This document shows, piece after piece, positions 59,429-64,000 of a stretch of 64,000 nt of DNA. How positions within the stretch are numbered: position 1 is the stretch's first letter; each line of letters opens with the position of its first letter. This stretch comes from Felis catus (taxonomy: Eukaryota). The position numbers and the translations under genes were made by a program. The notes under the pieces were generated by a model, which was not told where the DNA came from, made no database searches, and was given only the letters and a program-made list of their open reading frames with translations. The DNA lies in the NCBI RefSeq assembly GCF_018350175.1, contig NC_058370.1, positions 135,966,001 through 136,030,000 of the forward strand, written 5' to 3'.

Positions 59429-59468
59429 ATGAAAAGTATATTTTATGACATTAAAATTAGGACTTTTT

Positions 59469-59638
59469 GGGGGCGCCTGGGTGGTTCAGTCAGTTAAGTG
59501 GCTGACTTCGGCACAGGTCATGATCTCGTGGTCTGGGAGTTAGAGCCCAGTGTTGGGCTCTGTGCTGATGTCTCAGAGCCTGGAGCCTGTTTCCGATTCT
59601 GTGTCTCCCTCTCTCTCTGCCTCCCCCTGACTCATGCT

Positions 59639-59688
<50 letters not shown>

Positions 59689-59730
59689 TCAAAAATAAAT
59701 AAGTCTTAAAAAAATTTAAAAAACACTTAA
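59469..59730 (+). mobile_element. CanSINE
   Basis: TSD TAAAATTAGGACTTTTT. Confidence 0.93.
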
Positions 59731-60639
59731 TAAAATTAGGACTTTTTGGTAATCAAAACACATGGAAGACAAACTATAATTTGGGAGAAAATGATTAAGA
59801 CATAAGTAACCAAAAAGATTTATTATCAACATGTACATTTGAAATTTCTATGAATCGTTGAGAAAAAAAAGGCGAAGCTCATCAGAAAAAATTGGCAAAA
59901 GATACGGTTTCGTTTCATATAAAAGTAAACACAAATTATGAATAAATGTATGAAAAGGTGTTCAAGCTTATTAGTAATCCTGAAAATGCTAACTAAAATC
60001 CAAAATGTGTTACTATTTAACACCCAAGAGATTCGGGGACATTATGGTGTGACAATATTAAGTGTTGGTGAGCCGTTACAGAACAGCAGGGACTCTGATA
60101 CCCCTTGTAGGGAAGTATAAGTTAGTTCTCTCACCTGTTACCTGGCTGAAGATATACAGACCTGAGACCCTGAGGTGACACTTCTGTGGACACACCCTGG
60201 AGAAGCCTTGGTTCATAAGAATGAAAGGAGTATTCAAGGAACTGTTTTTGTTTTTAATAGCAAAAAACTGGAAAGCACCACCCAAGTCGCTATCAAATTT
60301 AGAATATGTAAGTAAATTGTGGACTATTGATATTAGGGCATATGACCAACTACTTTCGGGTGTCTCAGTATAGATGAATTGAGAGAATGTTGTGTTGGGT
60401 AAAATAGTCAAGAAACGAATAATGCATATAGTATGATTCCACTTGCATAAAGGTCAAACTTTGGAAAATAACGGTATTATTATATTATTATTTACTTACG
60501 TAATAAATTTATAGGGAATAATAAGGGAGGTTAACACAAAATTGGCGATAGTAATTATTTCAGATTGTGAGGGAGGGAGGTGAGTTATGATGGAGTGTAC
60601 AAATAAGGAATTTCGAATCTACTGGCAATTTTCTCTTTC

Positions 60640-60854
60640 TTACTTTTTAATACTGTTTTTTAAGTTTATTGATTTGGAGAGACAGGGAGAGTGAGCAGGG
60701 GAGGGGCAGAGAGAGGGAGACAGAGAATCCCAAGCAGGCTCTACACTGTCAGTGCACAGCCTGATGCAGAGCTCCAACTCACGAACCGTGAGATCACGAC
60801 CTGAGCCGAAACCGAGAGTCAGACGCCCGACTGACTGAGCCACCCAGGCGCCCC
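60640..60854 (-). mobile_element. CanSINE
   Basis: TSD GGCAATTTTCT. Confidence 0.93.
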
Positions 60855-60989
60855 GGCAATTTTCTATTTCTTAAGATTGATGGTGGGCACAGGTATTGCT
60901 TTTACCATCACCATGTATATGCAAAAATATATTTTGTATACAATTGCATATGATTCATGTGTTTTTCTGAAGTATTTTCAAGTTTTCTG

Positions 60990-61090
60990 AAGTCTCCAGA
61001 AGGAACCCAGTGGGGCTGACGCCTTGACCTTGGACTTCTGATTCCCGGAACGGTAAGGAGGTGACAATCTGTTAGAACAGCAGTAACAAA
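60990..61090 (+). mobile_element. MLT1 LTR 3' fragment
   Basis: CTCCAGAAGGAACC…GCTGACGCCTTGACCTTGGACTTCTG. Confidence 0.6.
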
Positions 61091-62575
61091 AGAAGCCCAT
61101 CCACGGTCTGAGCCTCCCAGGCTTCATTGCGAGCGTTATTTGGATGGGAAAACTGTGGTTCGGGGCATCCCTGTCCTGCTTCGAGCTCTTTGGTGGATTT
61201 CTTCTGCGGAGGAAAGAAAACAGAAGAGAACCAGGAGTCAAGGTAGAAAGTGCAGCCAGAATACATGGAAGGTCTTTCCTGGCCTGAGGAATTTGTCAGT
61301 TCTACCTCCTCTCCCCTAAAATGTCCCCCCGACCCCCTCAGGATTGCCTTCTCCCTCGGAATAGTTAACGTCTGGCTCTTTCTTCCTTCAGACTTTGTCC
61401 CCTGGGAGCCCTTCAATCCTCAGGAAATAAGCGGGCCTGCGCCCGCCCACTCCATCGGGTTCCCTGCGTGCGTGGTCATGGCCAGATGCCAGTTTCTTCA
61501 AAAAAAAAATCATTTTTAGACACACTGCAGGTAAGACACTGAGATGAGCACATTCACCTTTTGGAAGGCAGGGTTTCTGCCAATATTTGGGTGCCACGTG
61601 GAGTCACTGCTCCTGTCCCCCAGCCGGAGGTGGGGGGGACTCTGGAGCCGGGTGCACTGACTCCACAGTGGGAGCCGGTCTGGGGACCGGGTCGCGTGGC
61701 ACCTGTGTGGGTGCTGTCCCCTCCCAGCTCCAGCCAGGCTGTGGGAAAAGAGCTTCATTTTATTTACGGGAAAAGGTCAGCAGAGAAACAGAAGATGCAT
61801 CCCCCTGTAGGCCAAAGTGTTACTTATTGCTTTAATAAACGTTTACCTACTTTTGAGAGCGCCACGTGCAAGGGGCATGGCAGCCTCGTCCCCTCCCCGT
61901 GGCGCGTGGAGTCATTCGCCCGCCTCGTTCACATTTTCTGCAGCTGTGTCATGAGTATAAACCTGGAAAAAACATAAAACTTGAAAGAAAGGTGTTGAAG
62001 TCAGCCCTAAGGTACTAAATTCCTGACAACAGCTTGTAAAGCAGTCAGGAACTCGGTCCCGCTGGGGTGCTGGCGATGTCCACGCGGTGGGCGGAGGAGG
62101 TGCCCCCCGTGGTGAGCCGCTCCTGACCAGGGTGCATCCTGGCGGGAGCCACTCGCACAAAATCTGGAGAATGGGGAGCGTAACGCGCCCTTCTCTGGCC
62201 ACAGTATTAGTTTTCTCACCTCTCTTCATTGGGCCCAGGAATGGAAAGAGATACATTTAGGATTATTATTTTTTTAATATGAAACATGTGGTTGGTTTTT
62301 CTAACACTTTTCTCCACTTTCCATCACTGTTAGTGGGGATCTTTTGAAAAGTGTTTGGACCATATAAATACCAAATTAACTTTCTCAAAATTAAAAGCAG
62401 GACAAACTTGGAAAAATAGTTTTGAGTAGAGTAAGCATTTAGCATGGAAATTTTTGTTCCTCTTAGCTCTCCAATAATCTATATATTTTTTGCAATCCTC
62501 TCCTCTGATCATAAGTGCATAATTGTTGCCCCGAAGCACCTCCGTGTCACTTGCCTAGCACTGGCAGGATACGTG

Positions 62576-62607
62576 TTTCTAGAAATTTCTAGAGATTTTT
62601 CTAGAAG
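62576..62607. promoter_or_regulatory. Candidate heat-shock element (HSF)
   Basis: tTTCt aGAAa tTTCt aGAGa tTTTt plus a further TTCtaGAA; motif only, no functional data. Confidence 0.4.
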
Positions 62608-63269
62608 AACTAGACAGGGCGTGATTTCCTCGGGACTCCCATTTAAGGTCTATAAGGCTGTCCTGGGGATAGACTGGACCCTATAGTTGTTTGATTCTAG
62701 TGGTGAAGACTTACAAGCTTAGTTCTTACTTCCTTCCCAAGGCAGAGATGCCTCGTGCTCCCATATTTCCATGCTAGGTATCTGACTAGTTCTGGAAAAG
62801 AATATGCATAAAAGTGGGACGAAATGCCACTTCTGAGCTGCAGACCCTTCTGTGCACTTTCAGCTGTCACGATCGTCCCCGAGGCGTGGGCTGAGAATGG
62901 CATGTCACAAGCAAAACAGCCCGGACCTCTGAGCCCCCACCTGCAGAACAGCTGTCCCAGGGAGTCGCCCGAACCAAATTTAACTTTTTTGTGAACCAGA
63001 ACTCAAACGAATTTAGGTAGGGAACGGAGGTCTTTCGGCTTGTTTTGTTACTCGGCGTAACCTGACGGCTACATGCGCTCAATGAAAAGCGACGGAAAGA
63101 TGTGCGGCCTGAGGTTGGCATGGGGACCCTGGGTGGGTCCTTGAGCGCCCATACGCAGCACTATTTAAGACTGAAATGTTCAGACCTTGGGAAACACACT
63201 AGTTTTACACTGATGTGGACTGTGTGGTAGGTGTAAGACAGGGCCGTTCAGGAGAAGCTTCGGCAGGGA

Positions 63270-63635
63270 GCAGAACTGAATGAGAGTCTCCAAGCACCAC
63301 AGCCATGATTAGCGAAGCCACACGTCCCCCGGGCTGATCCTGGCCACCGACTGAGCAGGTAGGGGCAGGATGCCAGCCGACTCCTGCGGAAGCGCATGCC
63401 TCTACAGGCAGATGATGTTCGGGGACCCTACCTTGACTCGGTGTTCTTAGAGCTCCCCTGTGTGCTGACCTCTCTCCTCCTTGTCCTTCCCTCTCTGTCT
63501 CGTCTTACAGGGGTTAGGCCCTGCATGGAGGCCTGAGGGCTGGCAGTCCTTCCACGTTTTATCCTTACAGCCAGTTCCCTCACCAGCCTCCTGGTGGGCA
63601 GTCTCACAGGTCTTCGCGCTTCTTGGGGGGTGCAA
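63270..63635 (+). mobile_element. Old ERVL LTR (LTR33/LTR41-like)
   Basis: GGCTGATCCTGGCCACCGACTGAGC…CCTTCCCTCTCTGTCTCGTCTTACAGGGGTTAGGCCCTGCAT resembles recalled ERVL LTR motifs. Confidence 0.45.
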
Positions 63636-64000
63636 ATTGTAACCGCGTCCAACAAGGAGGCCAAACTCGGGGGTGAGGTAACAGTCGGATCAGCAGTGAG
63701 GGAAAGTCGCGACCAGAAGAAATATCGCGTCGAGAATCAGTGCCAACGGAGGCGGTATGGCATTCCGTGGGCACCCGCCACCCTCCTGGAAAAAGCGTGG
63801 AGAGAAGAGGGTGCTCCAGCAGACCCAGCCTCCACCTGCACCTCCAACCTCAGATCAACTTCTGTGAACAAAGCACATGAAGAGTTAAGTCGGGACTGGC
63901 CTCAGCTTTGTCATATGCCCTTATTTTGCTTACAAAGACGATGGGACAGATTATAGGGAAAGAGAACAAGGACATTTCCCAGGCACACCAAGATGGTCGA

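Larger units (their letters stand above)
58800..60960 (+). mobile_element. Ancient L1 (L1M-type) ORF2 3' end and 3'UTR, split by four SINEs
   Basis: TTCAACAGATAGTGCTGGGAAAATTGG…ATGAAAAGGTGTTCAAGCTTATTAGTAATC (MKRCSSLLVI)…ATAGCAAAAAACTGGAAA…GTATGATTCCACTT. Confidence 0.8.

Noticed and set aside
272-60854. SINE strand bias (about 24 minus vs 12 plus) as evidence for an intron of a + strand gene
   Set aside because: The bias is marginal, and LTR and L1 orientations are mixed with more LTRs on +, so host transcription cannot be inferred.
1-64000. Protein-coding genes from the ORF track
   Set aside because: All ORFs are at most 167 aa and map to SINE, LINE, LTR, microsatellite, N-gap or compositionally random sequence. 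I recognised no host protein or exon chain. Small exons of a large gene or lncRNA cannot be excluded without alignment.

Overview
Mammalian, almost certainly felid (cat family), non-coding genomic DNA. I found no protein-coding exon, RNA gene or CRISPR array that the sequence supports. The ORF track is explained by SINE, LINE, LTR, microsatellite and N-gap translations. The window holds about 36 carnivore tRNA-derived SINEs (CanSINE/SINEC, including three very young CpG-intact felid copies), old L1/HAL1/L2/MIR relics, one felid L1 3' end, about 14 ERVL/MaLR solo LTRs, DNA transposon relics (MER63, Charlie1a, MER44, MER81, MER5), microsatellites and two assembly gaps. Three multi-kb stretches have no recognisable TE and retain CpGs (about 10.2-13.3, 21.4-25.1 and 61.1-63.3 kb), so they are candidate regulatory regions. 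The most unusual signals are local: a ~110-bp template-switch mosaic with three perfect TTACGTAA D-boxes, two perfect heat-shock elements, a SINE variant with a 22-bp internal tandem array, an orphan poly(A) insertion with TSD, repeated reuse of the same insertion target, and a four-layer nested TE. I do not see a new multi-gene biological system. Repeat subfamily names come from recalled consensus motifs, not a database search, and boundaries of old repeats are approximate.
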